Shown piece by piece: positions 38,036-45,957 of a stretch of DNA of 64,000 nt. Below the pieces are notes generated by a model. The model was not told where the DNA came from. It did not search any database and saw only the letters and a program-made list of their open reading frames with translations. The position numbers and the translations under genes were made by a program. Numbering within the stretch: position 1 is the stretch's first letter; each line of letters starts with the position of its first letter. Source of the stretch: Rhodospirillales bacterium (lineage in GTDB: Bacteria; Pseudomonadota; Alphaproteobacteria; Rhodospirillales; Defluviicoccaceae); the NCBI GenBank assembly GCA_034382075.1, contig JAXMOZ010000004.1, positions 5,740-69,739 on the forward strand, written 5' to 3'.

Positions 38036-39631
38036 CGGCCGCGGCCACAGCTCGCCGAGCGGAATGGCCACTGCGGCCAACGTCACGCCGGCCCAAGCCA
38101 GCGCCTGGCTGTTACCTGGACCCTCGACGGCCAGGACCGTTATTGCCCCGGCCAAAGCGATCAAGGCCAGCGCCGCTTCCTCGCGGAGACCGTTCCCACC
38201 TCTCCCCGGTCGCCGTTGGAGCCACGCCAGCGCCAGGAAGCACGCCACCGGCGGCGCGTACGTGGCGGTCGGAAAATCCCGGTAGCGGCCATCGAAGGCG
38301 AGGCAGAGCGACGTCGCGGCGATACCAAACAGCGTCACCAGCCTGAGCCAGCCGAGCGCATCGGCCGGGGTGACCGCCCCGCGCAGCCGCCGCGCGCGGA
38401 CACGCTGGATCAGCGGCAAGGCCGGGGTCGGCACGACCGGCGCGCCGGTGAGGAGGATCTGGCCGGCGAGGGCCACGCTCGCGGCGGCGATGGCGAGCCC
38501 GGCCAAGCCGAGCGCCCAGTCGAGGAGACCGAGGCTGCTCGCGGCAACGTCGAGGCTGGCCAGCACGAGTGAACAGGCGGCTGCCGGCGCGGCCGTGGCC
38601 AGGATGACCCAGCTCCGCCGCCGGAGTGGCGTTCGCCGAACCGCGGCCCAGAGGATCGGCAGCAGCGCCAGCGCCGCGCTGGCGCCCGCTCCCGCGAGCC
38701 AGCGGGGTTCCGCCGAGACCGGCCCGCTCAGCGGGAACTTGGGCCGCCGCTCCGCGTCCAGCACCCCCCAGAAGCCACCCACCGTACCCTCCAGTCGACG
38801 CTTCCACGGCTGGTCGATGCCCTCCATCAGGTTGATGGCCAGCCCGTCGCGGGCCGCCATGACCAGCATCTCGCGGACGAACCGGGCCTGGTCGAGCGGG
38901 CTGGGTAGTGCCTGCTCGCGCATCCGCCCGCGGCTCGGCCAGCCGACCTCGCCGACCAGGATCGGCTTCCCCGGAAAAGCGCGGCCCATCCTCTCCGCCA
39001 CCTCGGCGACATGGACGACGGCGGCGTCGGCCGCCACCGGCCGATCCTCCCAGTAGGGCAGGATGTGGATGGTGACGACGTCGACGGCGTCCGCCACCTC
39101 CGGGTGCTGGAGCCAGAACTCCCAGACGTCGGCGTAGCTGACCGGCGCCTCGACCGCCGCCGCAACCTCGCTGATCGCCGCGATCAGCCGGTCGGGGGGC
39201 ATCTCCCGGCGCAGCAGCACCTCGTTGCCGACGATGACCCCCCTTACCGTCTGCGGGTGCGTATTGGCCAAGGCGATGACCGCGGCGATCTCCTCGGCGT
39301 TGCGCGCCGCGTCGCGGCTCAGCCAGGCGCCCAGCAGGACGTGGAGGCCGAGGCTCTCTGCGATCTGTGGCACCTGCGCCAGGCCCTGATCGATGGAATA
39401 GATCCTGACGCAGCCGGTCAGGCGCGAGAGGATGCGCAAGTCGGCCTCGATCTGCTCCCGGGGGACGACCAGCGTCTCGTCGAAGGGCGACTGCGTGCCC
39501 TGGAAGGGGGCGTAAGAGACACACGGCAGGGTCGGCGCAGGGGCGTCGACCAGGGCGACCGCGCGGCCGCGCCACGTCCAGAAGCCGACGCAGAGACCGA
39601 TGGCGACGAGCGCGGCAACCGTTGCTGGCAA
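37916..39631 (-). CDS. NdvC-like beta-glucan synthase: N-terminal GH17 domain plus polytopic C-terminal membrane domain
   Basis: CVSYAPFQG...DLRILSRLTGCVRIYS...VIVGNEVLLR...HILPYWED...ILVGEVGWPS (GH17-like catalytic Glu contexts), then about 6 TM segments. Start set at TTG 39631, because codon-position G+C favours a separate 30-codon ORF over the track's N-terminal extension to 39730. Confidence 0.78.
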   Translation of the reverse strand: MPATVAALVAIGLCVGFWTWRGRAVALVDAPAPTLPCVSYAPFQGTQSPFDETLVVPREQIEADLRILSRLTGCVRIYSIDQGLAQVPQIAESLGLHVLLGAWLSRDAARNAEEIAAVIALANTHPQTVRGVIVGNEVLLRREMPPDRLIAAISEVAAAVEAPVSYADVWEFWLQHPEVADAVDVVTIHILPYWEDRPVAADAAVVHVAEVAERMGRAFPGKPILVGEVGWPSRGRMREQALPSPLDQARFVREMLVMAARDGLAINLMEGIDQPWKRRLEGTVGGFWGVLDAERRPKFPLSGPVSAEPRWLAGAGASAALALLPILWAAVRRTPLRRRSWVILATAAPAAACSLVLASLDVAASSLGLLDWALGLAGLAIAAASVALAGQILLTGAPVVPTPALPLIQRVRARRLRGAVTPADALGWLRLVTLFGIAATSLCLAFDGRYRDFPTATYAPPVACFLALAWLQRRPGRGGNGLREEAALALIALAGAITVLAVEGPGNSQALAWAGVTLAAVAIPLGELWPRPLQPDGSQCREQDGGGAELGVVEDQRHGAGGNGRQDRGSA

Positions 39632-39660
39632 GGTGCGCCGGCGCGCCGGGCGATCGGCGG

Positions 39661-39753
39661 CTAGAGCCAGGTCGCGGCGATCGCCAGAAGCTCGGCGAGG
39701 ATGCCGATGGCGATCAGCAGTTCCGGCCACTTTTCCTCGAGAAACGGCAGCAT
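39661..39753 (-). CDS. Possible 30-aa hydrophobic micro-protein
   Basis: MLPFLEEKWPELLIAIGILAELLAIAATWL*. Not in the track (<60 aa). 26 of its 30 sense codons end in G or C, versus about 20 of 34 for the competing long-ORF frame. Only a weak RBS. Confidence 0.35.
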   Translation of the reverse strand: MLPFLEEKWPELLIAIGILAELLAIAATWL

Positions 39754-39947
39754 CCGCGGATTTCCGGTCCCCTCCACCGCACGACCCGGCCGTGAGCGAG
39801 AACCTCAGGCAAGGCCCTCCTACTATGAACTACAGAGTGATGAAGCACCAGATGGAGCGGCTGCGCGATGGGAGGTATGCAACATATGCTAGGAGGCGGG
39901 GACGGGCCGAGCACCGAGGCTGTCCGAGGCTGGCGCTCGGCGGAGAG

Positions 39948-40226
39948 CTACCCCTTCGCCTTCAGGCCCTCGACGTCGGCCAAAGCCGCGTCCACCAGAT
40001 TGAGGAGCAGGCCCGGTTCGCCCATCCCGACGACGAGGACGCGGATGGCGCGCAGGCGCACTTCCAGGTCGCTGAGGTCGTTGGCGCGGATGGTGAGCGC
40101 CCGGTCCAACAGGCTGGCGATGCGGCACTCCAGGTTCGGCCGCTCCGCCGAGCCGGCCTGGGCGAGCGCGTCGAGCGTCGCATCGAGGTCGCGCTGCGCC
40201 GTCACCAGATCGCTTTGCGAAGCCAC
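39948..40226 (-). CDS. Hypothetical helical protein (92 aa) immediately downstream of luxR
   Basis: (V)ASQSDLVTAQRDLDATLDALAQAGSAERPNLECRIASLLDRALTIRANDLSDLEVRLRAIRVLVVGMGEPGLLLNLVDAALADVEGLKAKG. GTG 40226 is preceded by AGGAGGAAAGGAGGG. G/C-rich third positions. Only the C-terminal part of track ORF 39948..40823. Confidence 0.55.
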   Translation of the reverse strand: MASQSDLVTAQRDLDATLDALAQAGSAERPNLECRIASLLDRALTIRANDLSDLEVRLRAIRVLVVGMGEPGLLLNLVDAALADVEGLKAKG

Positions 40227-40273
40227 GCAGGTCCCTCCTTTCCTCCTGCCCCGCCGATGGTTCGGCGCCTGCC

Positions 40274-41125
40274 TCAGGGAGAAATAAGGCCTAAGCGGAT
40301 GGCCGTCACCACCGCCTGCACCCGGTTGCCGGCGCCGGTCTTCTTCATAGCGCCTTTGAGGTGGAACTGCACCGTGTGCTCGGACACGGCAAGGATTTGG
40401 CTGATGGACCAGGCGCTCTTGCCCCGCGCCGTCCAGGTGAGGCACTCGCGCTCGCGGTCGCTGAGATGCACGACGGGATCGGTGCCGCCGCTGCGCGCCA
40501 GCGCGGTGTAGGCGAGCTGCAGCTGGGTTGCCAGGATCTGCAGGGCCCCGAGTTGGGCGGCCGTGTCGGCGCCGGTGGCCGCTCCGGACACGCTGACGAC
40601 GTAGCTTTCGCCGGCCGGCCCGTGGACCGGGATGCAGACGCCGTCGCCGAGGCCGGCGTCCCCGGCCTCGCAGAAGAGCGCCCGCTGCCTCCCGGAAAGC
40701 CGCTCGTCCGCAGCGACCTCGGCCCAGGCATAAGGCCTGAGCCGGGCCGGCGCCTGCAACAGGCAGGGGTCGATGTCCTGATACCGGCTTGCCTGGTAGT
40801 GGTCGACCCACTCCCGCGGGCAACTGACCACCAAGGCGGGGCGTGGCAGCAGCGACGAGACGGCGGCCTGGGCCGCCGGGGTGACCGCGGCAAACGCCAC
40901 CTTGTCGTAGCCGAACGCCAGGACCGCGCGGCGGAACAGGTCGAACACCTGCTCGGGCGTAGCCGCCCGGTTCGTCTCCTCGATGTAGGCGAAAAGATCC
41001 AGCGCGTCGCTGCAGCCGGCGCCGACGACGCTCCGGCGAGATCTGGCTGCGGCGGTTGCGAGCTCGGCGCGCTCGGACGGCCCGGGGAGCGCCCTGCCAG
41101 CGGAAATGGTCGAGGGGTCCTTCAC
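40274..41125 (-). CDS. luxR: LuxR-family AHL-responsive transcription regulator
   Basis: Autoinducer-binding pattern WVDHYQASRYQDIDP (W-x3-Y-x8-DP) and C-terminal GerE HTH LSDRERECLTWTARGKSAWSISQILAVSEHTVQFHLKGAMKK. Confidence 0.9.
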   Translation of the reverse strand: MKDPSTISAGRALPGPSERAELATAAARSRRSVVGAGCSDALDLFAYIEETNRAATPEQVFDLFRRAVLAFGYDKVAFAAVTPAAQAAVSSLLPRPALVVSCPREWVDHYQASRYQDIDPCLLQAPARLRPYAWAEVAADERLSGRQRALFCEAGDAGLGDGVCIPVHGPAGESYVVSVSGAATGADTAAQLGALQILATQLQLAYTALARSGGTDPVVHLSDRERECLTWTARGKSAWSISQILAVSEHTVQFHLKGAMKKTGAGNRVQAVVTAIRLGLISP

Positions 41126-41205
41126 CTAGGTCGTTGTCTACCCCATTCGGGTATGAGAGACAACGCGTTTTGGTTCGGCGCTTGTCCAGGCCTGTGGTCG
41201 TGCAC

Positions 41206-42579
41206 GTGGGTGCCTTGTCGTCTTGCGCTTCCGAACGTCGCCGCCGTTCCGGGCTCGGCGCCCCGGCTTGGCCAGCGGGGGCTCTCGCCGCGGTGCTGGC
41301 CGCGGCCGAGGCCCAAGCGTCGGGCTTCTACCTGACCGAGCAGAGCGTCGGCAGTGTCGGGCGCGCCACCGCGGGCCAAGCCGCCATTGCCGCCGACGCC
41401 AGCACCGTGGTCGGCAACCCCGCCGGGATGACCGAACTCGGCTCGGCGCAGGTCATGGCCGGGGTGACCGTCCTGCTGCCGAAGACCTCGTTTCGCAACC
41501 GCGGCTCGAGCGCGGCGACGCCCGGAACCGGCGGCGCGGCGCTGGCCTATGGCGGCGGTTCCGGCGGCAACCCGTTCGGCGCCGAGGCACTGCCGAACGC
41601 CTACGCAGCGATGCCGCTACCGCTGCCCGGATCCGACCTGTGGCTCGGCATCGGCGTCGCCGCACCGTTCGGCCTGAGCCTCGATTACGGCAGCGACTGG
41701 TTCGGCCGATACGACTCGATCGAGTCCAGCCTTTCGACCGTGGACGTGGCAATCGTCGCCGCCTACCGGGTCTTCGACTGGCTCTCCGTGGGCGGCGGGC
41801 TCAACGTCCAGAGCATCGACGTCCGCCTCACCAGCGCGGTGCCGGACACCCTCGCCGTCGGCGGCCCGAGCATGGCGAGCGACGGCCGCAGCGTCCTCAG
41901 GGGTGACGACGTGAGCCTCGGCTTCAACGCCGGGATCCTCGTCGAGCCGGTCCCCGGCACCCGCATCGGCATCCACTACCGCTCGGCCATCACCCACACG
42001 TTGAAGGGGCGCGCCAGCACCTCCGGCCTCGGCGGCGACCTGGCGGCGGCGAACGGAAGCGCCGACGCCAAGGCCGACATTCGTCTTCCCGACATCGTCT
42101 CGGTGGGAGCGGCGCAGGCCGCGGGCGAAAGGCTCACGCTGCTGGGCGAGGTGCAATGGTTCAACTGGAGCCGCTTCGGGGAGGTTCGGGTCCGTCCACA
42201 GGGCGGAGGCGGCGAGCTGGTCCTGCCGCAGGACTACAGCGACGCCTGGGCCATCGCCGTCGGCGGCGAATACCGGGTGAGCGACGACCTCGGCCTGCGC
42301 GCCGGCGTCCGCTACGAGACGACACCGACGAGCGACCGGTTCCGCTCGACCGGGGTGCCGGAGGGCAACAACTACTCGGCCGGGATCGGACTGAGCTACC
42401 GGCTGTTGGACGGCGTGGCCATCGACCTCGCCGCCTTCCACACCCGCGCCGAGGCCGGCAACGTCTCGCTGTCGCGTACCTTCTTCGCCGGAACGCCGGC
42501 GGCGGGAACGGTCGCGACCAAGGGCCGCGCGCGGATGCATGCGACCGCCGGCGGGCTCGCCGTCACCTCTCGCTTCTGA
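41206..42579 (+). CDS. fadL: FadL/OMPP1/TodX-family outer-membrane hydrophobic-compound channel
   Basis: Signal peptide ...AGALAAVLAAAEAQA, mature N-terminus SGFYLTEQSVGSVGRATAGQAAIAADASTVVGNPAGM, beta-strand pattern, terminal ...LAVTSRF. The start is ambiguous (GTG 41194, 41200 or 41206, or TTG 41215). Confidence 0.85.
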   Translation: MGALSSCASERRRRSGLGAPAWPAGALAAVLAAAEAQASGFYLTEQSVGSVGRATAGQAAIAADASTVVGNPAGMTELGSAQVMAGVTVLLPKTSFRNRGSSAATPGTGGAALAYGGGSGGNPFGAEALPNAYAAMPLPLPGSDLWLGIGVAAPFGLSLDYGSDWFGRYDSIESSLSTVDVAIVAAYRVFDWLSVGGGLNVQSIDVRLTSAVPDTLAVGGPSMASDGRSVLRGDDVSLGFNAGILVEPVPGTRIGIHYRSAITHTLKGRASTSGLGGDLAAANGSADAKADIRLPDIVSVGAAQAAGERLTLLGEVQWFNWSRFGEVRVRPQGGGGELVLPQDYSDAWAIAVGGEYRVSDDLGLRAGVRYETTPTSDRFRSTGVPEGNNYSAGIGLSYRLLDGVAIDLAAFHTRAEAGNVSLSRTFFAGTPAAGTVATKGRARMHATAGGLAVTSRF

Positions 42580-42617
42580 AGGTTCGTCGACCTCGGCCTG
42601 GGGAGCCGACGCCCCAC

Positions 42618-42635
42618 CCTCCCATTTTTGGGAGG
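42618..42635 (+). terminator. Hairpin downstream of fadL
   Basis: CCTCCCA-tttt-TGGGAGG, 39 nt after the fadL stop. No clear U-tract. Confidence 0.35.
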
Positions 42636-42716
42636 TGTCGCGCCGTCGCTGCCGGCGCCTAGAGTGCGGCCGGCTCTGCCAAAGCGGCAGGGCGCGACCA
42701 ATAAGCGAGGCAGGCG

Positions 42717-43166
42717 ATGTCGGGGATGGTTTTGACGCTGGTGGAGCCGGTTGGCGCCGATGTCGGCGGAGGGCAGGGGGCCGCCGCCGGTGTGGACCTG
42801 GGCCGCATCATCCACAAGGCCATCCTCGCCCGGCGCTTCGCCGAGGTGCATAAGCAGACGGTGCGCCAGTGCGTCCGCGCCGCCCGGGCCGCAGGACAGC
42901 GCGGCAACCGTGTGCTCGCCGCGGCGCTGCTTCGCGACGCCCGGGCCGAGCATGCCGAGGCGCAAGCCTGCGCCCGGGTTGCCCGCGCCTTGGAGCGGCA
43001 GGCCGAGGAGATGGGCAGGGCCGCGGGTGTCTACAGGGCGACCGGCCGCGCCAGCGCGCCCGCGACCAGCGAGGGGATGCCGGCGATCGACGCCCACGCC
43101 GTATCCGGTGCCGCCGCCTCCGTCGGCTCGCCGGCGATCCGCAAGACCTTGGGCGGCAGCGAGTAA
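42717..43166 (+). CDS. Hypothetical protein (149 aa) inside the QS island
   Basis: ...DLGRIIHKAILARRFAEVHKQTVRQCVRAARAAGQRGNRVLAAALLRDARAEHAEAQACARVARALERQAEEMG... Third codon positions are overwhelmingly G/C in the 314 nt not shared with any other gene. GAGG lies 7 nt upstream. The 3' 136 nt overlap the luxI 3' end. Confidence 0.4.
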   Translation: MSGMVLTLVEPVGADVGGGQGAAAGVDLGRIIHKAILARRFAEVHKQTVRQCVRAARAAGQRGNRVLAAALLRDARAEHAEAQACARVARALERQAEEMGRAAGVYRATGRASAPATSEGMPAIDAHAVSGAAASVGSPAIRKTLGGSE

Positions 43167-43732
43167 GTCCGCCGCAGGGTTGCGATCGCCTGGTCGCTGA
43201 CCGCGACCGCAGCGGCGGTGACGACGCACCGGCCGATGGCGCGGCTCCGGCCGAGCAACCTGACACTGCAGCCGTTGGCCTCGATGCTGCGGATCACCCG
43301 CGGGTGGGTGACGAGGTAGTATTCGCTGATGCCCAGCTTGCGGCCGAACTCGCCGCAGGCGCACATCATCTCGCCGAAAACGCGCCCGCGGAGGGCCGGA
43401 GCCAGGCTCCGGTCCACTCCGAGGCGCGTGACTTCCCATACATCGGGGCGGGACGGGAGCTCCTCGCCGTAGATCAATTCCGGCCAGAGCTCCTTGATCA
43501 TGTATGGGAACGTGGTCGGGATCAGGCGCGCAATCGCCCGGACCTGCCGAAGGTCATCCCGCCACAGCAAGTATACCGCCGCTGGCGTGTCGAACGCGTC
43601 CCACTCCATGCCCCGAAAGGTCGGAACCTGATACCCGTGCCGTTCGACGAATATCTTATGGCGAAGACGATGGAGCGCCGGCAGAGCATCGCCGAGTAAA
43701 TGCGCTGTCTCTACCGAGAACGCGTCGATCAT
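43031..43732 (-). CDS. luxI: Acyl-homoserine-lactone synthase (LuxI family)
   Basis: LHRLRHKIFVERHGYQVPTFRGMEWDAFDTPAAVYLLW...VWEVTRLGV...: the pattern of the autoinducer synthase family. The C-terminal about 30 aa look like a non-conserved tail. Confidence 0.88.
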   Translation of the reverse strand: MIDAFSVETAHLLGDALPALHRLRHKIFVERHGYQVPTFRGMEWDAFDTPAAVYLLWRDDLRQVRAIARLIPTTFPYMIKELWPELIYGEELPSRPDVWEVTRLGVDRSLAPALRGRVFGEMMCACGEFGRKLGISEYYLVTHPRVIRSIEANGCSVRLLGRSRAIGRCVVTAAAVAVSDQAIATLRRTYSLPPKVLRIAGEPTEAAAPDTAWASIAGIPSLVAGALARPVAL

Positions 43733-44049
43733 AATGGTCCTCGTCTTCGTTATTTAAATCGCGATCTGCAAACGTCGGCGCGTGGTCAGAATTTCTCTTG
43801 GGTCCCGCGCGCCGTCTCTGGGCGGAATAAATACCGGCAGACCCGCCGATGGTCAAGAACATATTCCTCATACGGGGTGAACATGCCTACAAACGAGGGC
43901 GGGGCGCGGCGGCTTCAACCGGCGCCGTACGTCCGCGGCAACAGCGGGCACGAAATCTCGCGGCAACGGCGATTAACCCTAAAGGTCAATTGGCCCTTGG
44001 TCGCGGCTTTGGCCATAATGCGAAAGTCGGGTGCTAAAAGGGGGTTTCT

Positions 44050-44406
44050 ATGTCGAAGGTCGTACTCGGGCCTGCGCCTTCTGGGCAGGCTCAGCACAAG
44101 GACGCGAACGCGCCACGGCTGCGGAAAGGGCGCCCGAGCACCGGGCCGAAGATTTCCATGTCGCGAAGCGCCGCCGCCGAGCACGTCGAGTGCCGCGGCT
44201 GCCGGCATTGGCAACCGTTCGTGACGCAGTGGGGGCATTGCGGCTGCGAGATGGTCCGCCGTCACGTCGACGGCGAGGCGCCGCTGGTCACCCGGGGAAG
44301 CTTTTCCTGCAGGTTCTACGCCCCGGGGGCGGAAGCCCGCAGGGCCGGGTCGCCGGCGTCGGGAGAAGAGCTGCGCCCGCAGGTCTTCGCCGCTGCCGCC
44401 GACTGA
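44050..44406 (+). CDS. Small Cys-rich hypothetical protein (118 aa)
   Basis: ...VECRGCRHWQPFVTQWGHCGCEMVRRHVDGEAPLVTRGSFSCRFYAP... AAGGGGG lies 7 nt upstream. Sits at the edge of the lower-GC luxI upstream region. Confidence 0.5.
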   Translation: MSKVVLGPAPSGQAQHKDANAPRLRKGRPSTGPKISMSRSAAAEHVECRGCRHWQPFVTQWGHCGCEMVRRHVDGEAPLVTRGSFSCRFYAPGAEARRAGSPASGEELRPQVFAAAAD

Positions 44407-44435
44407 CGCTGGGCTGGCTTCGTTCGCTGAGGATT

Positions 44436-44464
44436 GGGGCGGCGGCCGTTCGGTCCGCCGCCCC
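44436..44464. terminator. GC-rich hairpin between convergent genes (Cys-rich ORF and fba)
   Basis: GGGGCGGCGG-ccgttcggt-CCGCCGCCCC, a perfect 10-bp stem 5 nt beyond the fba stop. No U-tract. Confidence 0.45.
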
Positions 44465-44469
44465 CGTCC

Positions 44470-45552
44470 TTAAGCCTGAGCCAGAGACCGGCCCTTCGAG
44501 CCGAGGTCGACGAAGGCCTCGCTCAGCCGCTCGGCCATGCCCACCTCAGCGGCGCGCAGCCACTTCCGCGGGTCATAGAACTTCTTGAACGGCGTCCCGT
44601 CGTCCGGGTCGATCTGGTACTTGAACGCCTTCGGGTGCTCCTCGACGAACTTGCCGACGGCTTCCGAGAAGGCGAACTGGGTGTCGGTGTCGATGTTCAT
44701 CTTGAACACGCCGTAGCCCACGGCTTCCGTGATCTTCTCTTTCTCGGAGCCGGAGCCGCCGTGGAAGACCAGGTTCAGCGGGTTCGGCCCGGCGTTGTGC
44801 TGGCGGGCGACCAGGTCCTGCGAACCCTTCAGGATCTCCGGGCGCAGCTTGACGTTGCCCGGCTTGTAGACACCGTGGACGTTGCCGAACGACGCGGCGA
44901 CGGAGAACGAGCCGATCGGCGCCAGCTTCTGGTAGGCCAGGAGCACGTCCTCGGGCTGGGTGTAGAGCTTGGAGTTGTCGGCGCTCTCGTCGAACTCGCC
45001 GCCGATGCCGTCTTCTTCGCCGCCGGTCACGCCGAGCTCGATCTCCAGGCTCATGCCCATCGGCGCCATGCGCTTCAGCACCCGGGCGCACTCGTCGAGG
45101 TTCCAGTCGATCGGCTCCTCGGAGAGGTCCAGCATGTGCGAGCTGTAGAGCGGCTTGCCGGTTTCCTTGAAGAACGCCTCGCCGTGGTCGAGCAGCGCCT
45201 CGACCCATGGGATCAGCTTCTTGTTGGCGTGGTCGGTGTGCAGCACGACGCAGACGCCGTAGTGCTCGGCCATCATGTGCACGTGCTTGGCCGCCGATAC
45301 CGCGCCCAGCACCTTGCCCAGGGCGCCGTCGGGGAAGGCTTGGCCGGCGTAGAACTGGGCGCCGCCGTTGGACAGCTGGATGATGACGTCGGACTTATTC
45401 TTCGCCGCCGCCTCGAGAACCGAGTTGATGGTGTTGGTGCCGGTGACATTCACCGCCGGAAGGGCATAGCCCCCCGACTTGCACGCCGCCACCAGCGTCT
45501 CGTAGTCCTTGCCGGTGACCACGCCCGGCTTAAGGGATGCAGCTTCGCCCAT
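44470..45552 (-). CDS. fba: Fructose-bisphosphate aldolase, class II (FbaA type)
   Basis: GYALPAVNVTGTNTINSVLEAAAKNKSDVIIQLSNGGA...VVLHTDH...SLEIELG...FGNVHGVYKPGNVKL...VFHGGSGS, full length 360 aa. GGAGGAGAGG RBS. Confidence 0.95.
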   Translation of the reverse strand: MGEAASLKPGVVTGKDYETLVAACKSGGYALPAVNVTGTNTINSVLEAAAKNKSDVIIQLSNGGAQFYAGQAFPDGALGKVLGAVSAAKHVHMMAEHYGVCVVLHTDHANKKLIPWVEALLDHGEAFFKETGKPLYSSHMLDLSEEPIDWNLDECARVLKRMAPMGMSLEIELGVTGGEEDGIGGEFDESADNSKLYTQPEDVLLAYQKLAPIGSFSVAASFGNVHGVYKPGNVKLRPEILKGSQDLVARQHNAGPNPLNLVFHGGSGSEKEKITEAVGYGVFKMNIDTDTQFAFSEAVGKFVEEHPKAFKYQIDPDDGTPFKKFYDPRKWLRAAEVGMAERLSEAFVDLGSKGRSLAQA

Positions 45553-45812
45553 GATCCTCTCCTCCTAGGGATGTTGGTTCGCGACGCCTGACAACCGGCG
45601 TTCTTGCATATCGTTGCTCGACCCGTACGCGACCACTTCTGTCTGCGGAAACGGCCGAGCGGCCGCGTCGTCTTCTCCAGGCTTGGGCGCGCGATCGCGC
45701 TGTATAGCACACGGTGCGCCCGCGTCTAACGGCTAGATGACCTGCGGATGGCGCGTAGATCTGGACCGTCCTCCACGCGGCCTCGCGCCGGCGCGGGCGC
45801 GCCCGGCCCTGC

Positions 45813-45897
45813 TGGTGCCCGCTGGGGGACTCGAACCCCCACTCCCGGAGGAAACGGATTTTAAGTCCGTTGCGTCTGCCAATTCCGCCAAGCGGGC
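45813..45897 (-). tRNA. tRNA-Leu (anticodon UAA), CCA encoded
   Basis: GCCCGCTTGGCGGAATTGGCAGACGCAACGGACTTAAAATCCGTTTCCTCCGGGAGTGGGGGTTCGAGTCCCCCAGCGGGCACCA: 7-bp acceptor stem, anticodon loop CT-TAA-AA, long variable arm, GGTTCGAGTCC T-loop. Confidence 0.92.
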
Positions 45898-45957
45898 AAG
45901 CGCCAAAGCCTAGCGTCCGCCGCTTCGCCGCGGCAAGGCAGATCGCGGCGGGCGACC

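Noticed and set aside
39600-40511. 303-aa plus-strand ORF (contains MNYRVMKHQMERLRDGRY...)
   Set aside because: It runs antisense through the 92-aa ORF and luxR. The composition is Arg/Ala/Pro-rich, with no motif or RBS.
39700-45897. QS island as a tRNA-Leu-associated integrative element
   Set aside because: No integrase or excisionase, and no direct repeat of the tRNA 3' end seen elsewhere in the window. The core gene fba lies between the tRNA and the island.
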